Source of the DNA: an uncultured Eubacteriales bacterium
Lineage (GTDB): Bacteria; Bacillota; Clostridia; Oscillospirales; UBA644
Reading direction: 5' to 3'
DNA: 64,000 bases
Assembly: GCA_934501435.1 (NCBI GenBank)
Contig: CAKSTW010000003.1
Location: 67,842 to 131,841, forward strand
Every line of letters starts with the position of its first letter. Position 1 is the stretch's first letter. A program made the position numbers and the translations under genes. Below the pieces are notes generated by a model. The model was not told the DNA's origin. It saw only the letters and a list, made by a program, of their open reading frames with translations, and made no database searches. This document shows positions 43,657 through 51,802 of this stretch, one piece after another.

Positions 43657-44895
43657 TCAACTGAATTTCGGATAATTATGCTGCATTATATTGATGTCGT
43701 GTTCAAAAATTTTCACTCGGGTGTCCGGCGCACAGACCTCCCCGATACGCAATATGTCCAGAACGGAATTCATATAAACCGATTCGTATTCCTGCGATAC
43801 ATCGGGTGAAAATCTCTTGACAATAAATCCGGCGGTAAGTTCGTTCGGCTCACTCATCGACTTATATGTTTCGTAAAACGACGGAAGCGAAAGAAACACT
43901 CCCATCAGTTCGGTTTGAAAAGATGAAGTTTCTTTTTCGGGATTTTTCAAACGCTCAACCGTATAAACAGTTCCCCGCTTTTCGCTTTTGAACTTTGCAA
44001 GAAACTCGTCTTCTGCGGCAATCATTTCCGAAAGCAAGGCGTGGACTCCCGCGATGCCTTCAGACAGAAAGCCCGTGGCGTCAACTGAAGTGTCGGGAAT
44101 ATCGGCGATTATATTTTTCAACTCCGCATGCTTTTCTTCAAGAGTCAGCCAACTGCAATTATGCACAATCACCGCCGCCTCGCCGGAGTCGAACTCATAG
44201 CGTTCATCGTCCAGGCGCTTGCGCACGCCGTCATTTTCAATCAAACGCAGCGTATTTTTTCTGATTCTTTCGGATTTATCGTCGATCCCGTTTATCAACT
44301 CTTTTTCCTTGATTCGGGAAAACAGGGCGTATTCATAAGAAAACTCTTCGAACAGCGTTTTTCTGCGGGGAAACGCTGCCGCAAGGGCAAACTCATGAAG
44401 CGTTTGCGAAAAACACGACAAATTCTCATTTTTCTTTGATTTGGAATAACTCTTGTAATCGCCGCTGTAAACAAGGTCGGTAAAAAACAGAGCCTTCTCC
44501 TTTTCACAGCCTGTCGAAATAAGGAATTCGTAAAAATCTTCCCCATACCATATATCAGCGCCGAGAAAAGCCCGTACCTGCCTGTTTACGCAACCGACCC
44601 CTTTTTGTTTCGCGTAGCGGACGTATGCCTCTGCGGCGGTTAACGGCTTCTTTATTGCTTCTTTAAGCGTTCTTACCCTTGCATCATAAAGGTCAAACTT
44701 ATGAAACAGCGTCCATACCGGACGGTGCAATACCGTACAATTCTCCTTGCCTCTCAGATATTCCAGAAACTCCAGACATTCTTTTTTTGTCGGAGCCTCT
44801 GCCGGGTCGAATGGTTTTTGGCGGCAAGAAAACGGATCCTCTTTATAAAAAGTGATATTTCCGTTTTCTCTGACACAGTAACAGCTTACTGACAT
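43657..44895 (-). CDS. hypothetical protein (412 aa)
   Basis: Track ORF 43657..44940, trimmed to ATG 44895 (MSVSCYCVRENG), 6 nt after SD GGAGGGGG. No motif recognised. Confidence 0.65.
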   Translation of the reverse strand: MSVSCYCVRENGNITFYKEDPFSCRQKPFDPAEAPTKKECLEFLEYLRGKENCTVLHRPVWTLFHKFDLYDARVRTLKEAIKKPLTAAEAYVRYAKQKGVGCVNRQVRAFLGADIWYGEDFYEFLISTGCEKEKALFFTDLVYSGDYKSYSKSKKNENLSCFSQTLHEFALAAAFPRRKTLFEEFSYEYALFSRIKEKELINGIDDKSERIRKNTLRLIENDGVRKRLDDERYEFDSGEAAVIVHNCSWLTLEEKHAELKNIIADIPDTSVDATGFLSEGIAGVHALLSEMIAAEDEFLAKFKSEKRGTVYTVERLKNPEKETSSFQTELMGVFLSLPSFYETYKSMSEPNELTAGFIVKRFSPDVSQEYESVYMNSVLDILRIGEVCAPDTRVKIFEHDINIMQHNYPKFS

Positions 44896-45045
44896 TTTTA
44901 TCCCCCTCCGTGTTTTTTCGGTTTCGGTAACCGCCCGCATTGATAATACTTTGGCTCATTATATTCCGGCAGGCGCCGAGAAACGAACTTTTATCGCCCG
45001 TCACAGACCCTTTCCGGTGATTTCCCTTTTTAAACATCTGAAAAT

Positions 45046-45423
45046 TCAGCAAAAATATCGGTAGTGTTCAGATCCGTCACTCTTTATCGTTATTGATCGC
45101 AGTTCCTTTACATTGTTTAACTCAAAGCAATCAAATATCATTTTGACGACATCTTCGTTGTTGATATCCGGATTAAGGTATATTGTCGCTTTTCCGTTTT
45201 TGATCTCAACACGTCCTCTCGGATAATAATTGTAAGGTAAACCGTTGGTAACTCTTCGATCAAGTTGCTGCCATTCGGTTTTATGATTAAAGTTATCTCC
45301 GCATTTTGAACTGTATTTAACAAACGAATCAGAATTGCCGGATGCAGAACAAGTTGTTGACACCGTTATCAATGCAGGCTGCGCGGAATCAGAATTTTTG
45401 ACCCAAAAGATACCTTTTTTCAT
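45046..45423 (-). CDS. hypothetical protein (125 aa)
   Basis: SD AAGAGG is present. Contains GDNFNHKTEW...LPYNYYPRGRVEI, which I cannot assign to a family. Confidence 0.6.
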   Translation of the reverse strand: MKKGIFWVKNSDSAQPALITVSTTCSASGNSDSFVKYSSKCGDNFNHKTEWQQLDRRVTNGLPYNYYPRGRVEIKNGKATIYLNPDINNEDVVKMIFDCFELNNVKELRSITIKSDGSEHYRYFC

Positions 45424-45465
45424 TCATCAACCTCTTTTCCGATAACCTCTGATATTTCAGGCGGT

Positions 45466-46335
45466 TTAATCTTTCAGGTCCGGGCATAAGCATTTTTTCT
45501 CATTTCGTTCCGTACTGCTTTTGCAGATAAACACCTGCCGGTTTAACGCCAGCGTTTTTTCGATGTAGTCACTCAACTCTACTGTCTCATCGGTTCGTTC
45601 ACACAAATCAAAAACGACGAGCGGCCAATTTATATGATTGAAATCTCTGATTTCTTCGACCTTTTGCCAAAACTGATTGATACTGAGATAGCACAGATAT
45701 TCAAACAAGACCGAATCGGATTCGCTTAAAACATCTCGACTGCACCTGCCGGCAGAGGAGACAATAACAGTTTCACCGTTTTCTTTGATACGAATTTGAT
45801 TGGTGTCCGTTGCTCCCGAGTTTCGGTTGTTCCATTCCTTAATATGATTATTCAGACACGATCGAAATGATCTTGTATTGCCGATACCGTCTGTCTGTTT
45901 CGAAAAATCGGTTTTGGAATAATACTTTTCAGCGTCCTTATAGTTCCTGAATCTATCTGAAAACCTGTCGCTGCTGCTGAAGGAAAAACATGACAGATGC
46001 TCCTCTTCCGAGCTTTGGTGAATCATACGGTAAAAGTCTTCGCGCAATTCGGCATCCTCGGTTTTTACAGTGTAAGCGAACCCCTGTTTATTCTTCAATC
46101 CCGACGCAGTTATGAAGTATTTCTTTCCCGATATTTCAATCTCGACTTTAATGTTCGTTCTTTCCGCCGCTTTAACTTTTTCTCCGACAAGAGATCTGCT
46201 TTTCAGAACAACACCTAACGCTTTTTTGATAACTTCTGCGTTTTCCGGGGACAGAACGACAAGTTGAGAGTCAAAAGAAGATTCATAACGGACTGTGTTT
46301 TCAAAATCTTCAATTTGTATTCTCCTGACGATCAA
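45466..46335 (-). CDS. hypothetical protein, possibly a degenerate ABC/SMC-like ATPase fold
   Basis: Track ORF 45466..46422. The best initiation signal is SD AAAGGAGAA 8 nt before TTG 46335, giving (M)IVRRIQIEDFENT. ATG 46404 is an alternative. The N-terminus resembles the M.I..I.I.NF start of RecF/SMC-type ATPases but has no GK[ST] P-loop. The C-terminal PLVVFDLCE...NRQVFICKS resembles a decayed Walker B/D-loop. Confidence 0.55.
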   Translation of the reverse strand: MIVRRIQIEDFENTVRYESSFDSQLVVLSPENAEVIKKALGVVLKSRSLVGEKVKAAERTNIKVEIEISGKKYFITASGLKNKQGFAYTVKTEDAELREDFYRMIHQSSEEEHLSCFSFSSSDRFSDRFRNYKDAEKYYSKTDFSKQTDGIGNTRSFRSCLNNHIKEWNNRNSGATDTNQIRIKENGETVIVSSAGRCSRDVLSESDSVLFEYLCYLSINQFWQKVEEIRDFNHINWPLVVFDLCERTDETVELSDYIEKTLALNRQVFICKSSTERNEKKCLCPDLKD

Positions 46336-46406
46336 CGAGTCGCTTCTCCTTTCACTTTGATCTGTTTTTACTTTGTCTCTTGCCGATAACCCAATCCGGC
46401 GCATGA

Positions 46407-48431
46407 TTATTCCGCAACACAAAATCCTATCGGATTTTTGCGTTTTTTTGCGGCGGCGGGAGGGTCTTCAATGTCTTCGGCGCAAATTGTGATAATGTCA
46501 TCTTTTGCAATATGATCAAAATCCATTTGAAGCAATCTGGTTGCCTGCGCCATTTTTGCTTTTTCAATCACATTACGGGCATAACGTCCGTTGCCGAACT
46601 CGCTTTCTTCTTTGGCAAAATCAAACAAACCGGTCAGTTTTTCACGGGCGTCTTCCGTTAATTTCATGCCTTTTTTCTTTGCAATCAGATTTGCGATCTT
46701 GCAGAGTTCATCAGTATTATAATCGGCAAAAGGAACATGAAAAGCGATTCTGGATCTTAAACCGGGATTCTTTTGAAGGAACTTTTCCATTTTATCGGGA
46801 TAGCCTGCAAAGATTACGACAACATCGTCCCTATGATTTTCCATTTCCTGAACGATCGTATTGATTGCCTCGTCTCCATAGGAACCGTCCCTGTCATCAA
46901 CGAGAGAATATGCTTCATCTATGAAAAGCACGCTGCCTTGAGCTTCGCGGAATTTCTTTTGAATCGTGGGAGCAGTCCATCCCACAAACTTGCCGACAAG
47001 ATCGCCGCGCCCGACCTCGATAAGTTTTCCTTTGGAAAGCAAATCGTTTTCCTTCATGATTCGGGAAAAGAGTCTGGCAACAGTTGTTTTTGCAGTACCG
47101 GGATTCCCGCTGAAGACCATATGCATGGCAGGTCTGTCTCTCATCATAGCCTTGTCTGCAAAGAGTTTCTGCGCCTTGTAATAATTCAACGCCTGAATTA
47201 TTACTTTTTTAGCCTCATCAACTCCGATCATTTCCATCAGTTCATCGTAAGCGGATCCCTTCGGAGCCGCCTTTACAACTTCGCGCTTTGCAGTCATAAT
47301 GTCTTTATACTGGGGGAAAACACCGGTTTTGAGTTTATTATTGAACCATTCGTCAAATATCTCGTGAAGATCCGGAGCCAAATACCCTTTCTCATTTTCA
47401 AGCGCTGAAAACAATTTCTTATCAGGTCTGATTCCATTGTCTTTTGCGAGCATTTTCAGAAACCGTTCCGCACGCTCCCCTGAAACAAAGTCTTCTTTCA
47501 ATTCAATGAAACTGATATTTCCGAGCTTCTCGCAGAACATTTCTTTTGACTTTGTACATTCGCGAGGAAGACAGAACACCGTAAGTACCAGGTTGCGGTA
47601 TTTTCTCATTATTTCACAAAGGGTTTCGATTGTATCCCTGCCGCAAGACGCGTGTTCGTTTTCTCTGTCATCGTTCGCAAGATATCTGACGATGACCGCT
47701 CCGCCTATACTGCTTTTGTAAAGGCAGTCATAAGCATCGGAAGAAAAATCATCGCCGGGCTTAAAATCAAGGAAGCAGTATCTTTTGCTGCGCAGCCTTC
47801 CGTTTAAATAAAGAGACTGAAGAAGAAGCCTATACATACTCTTGCGTGTTTCGCGATCATCGGTTTGCACAAAATAGTGCACGGGATGCCCAAAGGCACG
47901 GCGCATACTTTTTCCCGCAAATATCCGATCGAGTTCGGGAATGACAGAGTCTCTCGCAAGAAAACGGTCGGCTTCTTTATAGATTTCATCTCTTTTCGAC
48001 TCATCCAGAAGGTTTTCGCCGTATTCAACATTTCTTTCGTTTCTTCCGGTAAGCTTATCTAAACCGAAAAGTTCAAGGACCTCATCATCGTCTTCGATAT
48101 AATCGTTTTTGTCTGCACAAAAGAGCATATTCCGCGTGGCGCTCAAAGTAGTCTCTTCAATATATATGTCTTTTAAACTGATTTCAATCGCAGCCAAAAA
48201 CGATGATATCTGTTTATCAAGATTGGCAGGCTCACGGCAAATAACTCCAATGGTTGCAGTGTCTTCAGATACGCTAATAATATAGAAGAAATTTCTTTTT
48301 TTCTGCTTTTGGTTAAACGCATTTCCTTTCATGGCAATCTTGCGGACGTTTTCACGCATTATATGTCTGTTATTATATCTTTCCGACCAATCCTCATCAG
48401 TTATGATACCGTTGGCTTTGAAAAACTGCAT
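46407..48431 (-). CDS. SpoVK/CbbX-type AAA+ ATPase with a ~400-aa unknown N-terminal region
   Basis: Walker A FSGNPGTAKTTVARL, Walker B VLFIDEAYSL, VVIFAGY (sensor 1 region), NPGLRSRIAFHVPFADY. SD GGAGG. Confidence 0.85.
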   Translation of the reverse strand: MQFFKANGIITDEDWSERYNNRHIMRENVRKIAMKGNAFNQKQKKRNFFYIISVSEDTATIGVICREPANLDKQISSFLAAIEISLKDIYIEETTLSATRNMLFCADKNDYIEDDDEVLELFGLDKLTGRNERNVEYGENLLDESKRDEIYKEADRFLARDSVIPELDRIFAGKSMRRAFGHPVHYFVQTDDRETRKSMYRLLLQSLYLNGRLRSKRYCFLDFKPGDDFSSDAYDCLYKSSIGGAVIVRYLANDDRENEHASCGRDTIETLCEIMRKYRNLVLTVFCLPRECTKSKEMFCEKLGNISFIELKEDFVSGERAERFLKMLAKDNGIRPDKKLFSALENEKGYLAPDLHEIFDEWFNNKLKTGVFPQYKDIMTAKREVVKAAPKGSAYDELMEMIGVDEAKKVIIQALNYYKAQKLFADKAMMRDRPAMHMVFSGNPGTAKTTVARLFSRIMKENDLLSKGKLIEVGRGDLVGKFVGWTAPTIQKKFREAQGSVLFIDEAYSLVDDRDGSYGDEAINTIVQEMENHRDDVVVIFAGYPDKMEKFLQKNPGLRSRIAFHVPFADYNTDELCKIANLIAKKKGMKLTEDAREKLTGLFDFAKEESEFGNGRYARNVIEKAKMAQATRLLQMDFDHIAKDDIITICAEDIEDPPAAAKKRKNPIGFCVAE

Positions 48432-48477
48432 ATTGATACCTCCGTACTCTTTTCTTTACGGTTATACTATAACGCAA

Positions 48478-48503
48478 GTAAAGCACCGTTTTTGGTGCTT
48501 TAC
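48478..48503. promoter_or_regulatory. operator-like inverted repeat (island motif, site 2)
   Basis: GTAAAGCACC-GTTTTT-GGTGCTTTAC with perfect 10-bp arms, 47-72 nt upstream of the AAA+ ATG. Confidence 0.6.
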
Positions 48504-48743
48504 TGTCAATAAGAATAATTTTGTCAATCGATCGTATGTTGACCGGAATATCATCCTGCGTCCGTTCAAAAAGTGTCCGGGAGAATAACTGACAAGATAT
48601 CACGGCGAATATCAGCGATAAGGATAGTCCACTCGTCAAATACTTTCCCGCAGATTGCGCATTAAATCTTTGCGGCTCCCGATCTGCTTTTTTCTTCTGT
48701 ATAATCTCCTGTAACTTCATTCAATTCTTTATAATTTATTTTT

Positions 48744-49241
48744 TCACCAACTTAAGTCAGGATAGATATAGATTAAATCCCTGAAAGCCTTTTCCGTTGA
48801 TTTTTTAAGTTCTTCGTCAGAGACAGCACCGTCAAAGTAATAATTTTCAATCAATCGTCTGAGATCATCAAATTCGTCGGCGACCCTATTAACGGTATCT
48901 TCCCATCTCCCGGCGAAGTCGATCGTTTCGGATTCCGATGCTTCAAAATAGTTTAATCCCTCCGGATTATCAATCAGAACACAGTTTCCGATTGCCGGAG
49001 TTTTTTTAATAAAAAACCTGAGATAATCACGAATTATAATCGCAAGAATCCTGTCCGTTTGCCAGTGAACGTCCCAGTCGATTTTCTCGATGTGGAAAGA
49101 TTCATCATCGGCATCTTTTTTATTTCTGACAAGTTTGCCGATTTTCAGATGATTAAGCTTATAATCATCATATTTTTCTTTTATTCGATATATAAAACGG
49201 CAGATTTGATGTTTTACTCTTAATTTATACATATTTTTCAC
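48744..49241 (-). CDS. hypothetical protein (165 aa)
   Basis: A long ORF, but with a GTG start (ATG alternative at 49232) and no convincing SD. No motif recognised. Confidence 0.45.
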   Translation of the reverse strand: MKNMYKLRVKHQICRFIYRIKEKYDDYKLNHLKIGKLVRNKKDADDESFHIEKIDWDVHWQTDRILAIIIRDYLRFFIKKTPAIGNCVLIDNPEGLNYFEASESETIDFAGRWEDTVNRVADEFDDLRRLIENYYFDGAVSDEELKKSTEKAFRDLIYIYPDLSW

Positions 49242-49464
49242 ACTTAGATAAAGAGCAGTCTATAACCGTACTTCGACTGCTCGGGGAAAGTTTTTGTCAA
49301 TGCTTTATCGCTGTTGAAAACTCATAATTTTTTGCAAATCTTTAACCTTATACTTTCACTTGAAAATACTAAATAACACACAAAGAACGCAATAAAAATT
49401 AACGATAAACAATCAAGTACTCTGACCTTTGCAAGAGCAAAAAGCACTGACGGCGGAAAGTTCT

Positions 49465-49968
49465 TCACATATCAATATCAATGACTGCCGTATGATTGAT
49501 TAAGTCGAGCGCGAGCTGCGCATTGGAAAGTTCTTCCGTTACGGCGTCAAGGTCGTTCCTGACGGTGACAAGGTCGTAATTTATATACTTATAGTCGATG
49601 ATATTCGTTCTCTCATAGCTTTCATATCGAGACTTGGGGAGAGTATCTGCCATTTCTTTAAGTTTTGCTTTCTTCCTTGACAACTGAGGAATATAAATCA
49701 ACATCTCATCAATCGTCATATTAAAATCGGGAATAACGGTAGTTGTGTTGAAAGTGTTGATCGCATGTTTAATCTTTCTGATTTTCCTCTCAAGAGCAGA
49801 AAGCCGGTCTTTGGTAGTTTCATAGTTGTACTCGGGACGGACAGACTCGACGTCTTCTCCTATGCTTGCCAGAAATGTTTTGGAGTTTCCTTCCTGCATT
49901 GCAATTCTTTCATAGTCCTGCTGAAGTTTGGAAAGCGCTTTTGCCGCCTGTGCAGATGTGTAGTTCAT
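49465..49968 (-). CDS. hypothetical coiled-coil protein (167 aa)
   Basis: Track ORF 49465..50037, trimmed to ATG 49968 (MNYTSAQAAKALSKLQ) after SD AAGGAGAG. Its promoter region carries two copies of the island inverted repeat. Confidence 0.65.
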   Translation of the reverse strand: MNYTSAQAAKALSKLQQDYERIAMQEGNSKTFLASIGEDVESVRPEYNYETTKDRLSALERKIRKIKHAINTFNTTTVIPDFNMTIDEMLIYIPQLSRKKAKLKEMADTLPKSRYESYERTNIIDYKYINYDLVTVRNDLDAVTEELSNAQLALDLINHTAVIDIDM

Positions 49969-50015
49969 AATCAAATCTCTCCTTCTTTTTATGTCTATGA
50001 ATATTATAACCCTCA

Positions 50016-50039
50016 CAATGCACCTAATATGGTGCATTG
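50016..50039. promoter_or_regulatory. operator-like inverted repeat (island motif, site 3)
   Basis: CAATGCACC-TAATAT-GGTGCATTG with perfect 9-bp arms. It lies just upstream of a TATAAT on the minus strand. Confidence 0.6.
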
Positions 50040-50086
50040 CGCAGTCCCCGTTACAGGTTCTTTTTTCGGTATCATTATATCAGCGA

Positions 50087-50110
50087 CAATGCACCGAAAA
50101 CGGTGCGTTG
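50087..50110. promoter_or_regulatory. operator-like inverted repeat (island motif, site 4)
   Basis: CAATGCACC-GAAAAC-GGTGCGTTG, with one mismatch between the arms. Confidence 0.55.
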
Positions 50111-50203
50111 AAACGAAACCGAATCGCAGGATACGATTCGGTCTGTTTTCAAAATTAAAACCGGATAAGTTCCTGCGCCGTTGCAGGTCCTGCCTTTCCG
50201 CGA

Positions 50204-51205
50204 CTATTTGACATTTTTATTCTCATTATATTTCTTCAGTCCGCTATCCAAGATTTCTTTCATTCGATTTCTTAAGGATTCCGGTGAAACTATCTCCACA
50301 TGGTTTATGTACTGCATTGCCCAAAGTTCCATGGCGGTTGGGCTTGCTTTAACACCGACTCTGACTTTTCCTTCTTCGTTTGATTTCATGATGCGAATGT
50401 CCTTTCCGAACCAGTCGACAATTTGATCAACTATCCCCTCGTCGGCAATAAAATCAATGTATTCGGGTTTATCAGAATACATATACGGCATCGTTGAAGA
50501 TAATTCTTTATAATTGATGCCGTTTTCATAACCCGGCACGTTTTTAAGCGGAGTTGCTTTTCGGGCTGTGATTGTCATATTGCTGATACGGTCAAGTCGG
50601 TGAAATACAATATTGTGCCAGTATTCACTGTATGCCATCAAATAATAGCGTTGATTGTGCAAAATCATCAAATACGGGCTGACATATTGCTGCGAAGTCT
50701 TGTGCAGTTTTTTATCAACTCCGTATTTATTGTAATCGTAATGTATCTGTTTCCCTTCTTCTATGGCGGCATCAATTAACTCAATATTATAGAACAACGC
50801 CTGATTGTCTGTTTTGCTCCAGTCGTTCACCGAGTGGATATGTTTAACGCTTGACCTGAAATACTTGTTCGACAGAGCGCAAATACGATCAATCAGATCC
50901 TGCGAGTGGCGGGCTGTAATGTGCTTACTGCTCAACACGCCGTCAATCAGCATATGGAGTTCCGAATCTTCAAAATCGCGGCTGTCCAAATAGCTGCCGG
51001 ATCTTCGGGATTCGATTTCTATCCCGGATTCTTTTAACAAAGAAATATTACGGCTGATTGCTTTTCTTTCAATGACTATCCCGTATTCATTTTCCAGCTT
51101 TCGTGCAATATCCTCCTGCGTCATGGGATGGTCATAGTCACTGTTTTCTTTGAGTATTTGCCAAATCCTTATCAATGCAAGTTTTTTCGGTTCAAAGCTC
51201 TCCAT
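50204..51205 (-). CDS. WYL-domain transcriptional regulator (wHTH-WYL-WCX architecture; BrxR/CapW-like)
   Basis: N-terminal wHTH (LIRIWQILKENSDYDHPMTQEDIARKL). WYL core (SPYLMILHNQRYYLMAYSEYWHNIVFHRLDRISNMTI). C-terminal extension. SD AAGGAG. Confidence 0.8.
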   Translation of the reverse strand: MESFEPKKLALIRIWQILKENSDYDHPMTQEDIARKLENEYGIVIERKAISRNISLLKESGIEIESRRSGSYLDSRDFEDSELHMLIDGVLSSKHITARHSQDLIDRICALSNKYFRSSVKHIHSVNDWSKTDNQALFYNIELIDAAIEEGKQIHYDYNKYGVDKKLHKTSQQYVSPYLMILHNQRYYLMAYSEYWHNIVFHRLDRISNMTITARKATPLKNVPGYENGINYKELSSTMPYMYSDKPEYIDFIADEGIVDQIVDWFGKDIRIMKSNEEGKVRVGVKASPTAMELWAMQYINHVEIVSPESLRNRMKEILDSGLKKYNENKNVK

Positions 51206-51802
51206 ATTATAGCTCCTTGTCGTTTTCCGTATGTTAAAAACATAATCTTAAACAGATTATACCGTACCATAAAAGTCACGCCCGTTTTTGGTACATTTCA
51301 TTCTTTTATTTGCCCGCAATAATATTTATATCAACAAACACGCGGAAGGTCACCTTGATTACCGGGTCCGCATTTTATTTCTTTCCGGTCTTTTTAGGTT
51401 TTCCATTGTTCCGTAACGGTTGCCGAAGCTTTAACTTTGGCAACAAACCGATTACAATCACCTTTTACTTTATTATACTCATTTTTGAAATACGAGTCAA
51501 GACCTTAAAATTCAGGCTTTATCAAATTCACCGTAATACGACGCAGAGGAAATATCTTTTATCTTCCGGTTTCAGGATATCCGCAACTGTAAAAAGCCCT
51601 TTGCGAAAAGGATTTCTCCTCTCGCAAAGGGAAAGCTGACGAGTAAAATTTTACAGTACGGTTTTTCACAATAAAATGATACCGGAAGCAATGTACCGGT
51701 TTTGATGCCCCGCCGTTCAATTTCAATCGGTTCAAAGTTTTCTCTGCCATACCTGTCAAACATACAACGCCGCTCACATTTGTGTCTCTTCAGATCCTGA
51801 CT

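Noticed and set aside
51310-51777. ORFs 51310..51639 (+), 51559..51777 (-) and 51572..51763 (-) in the 600-bp spacer.
   Set aside because: They have no convincing ribosome-binding sites, overlap one another, and span hairpin or terminator structures. The region is treated as non-coding.
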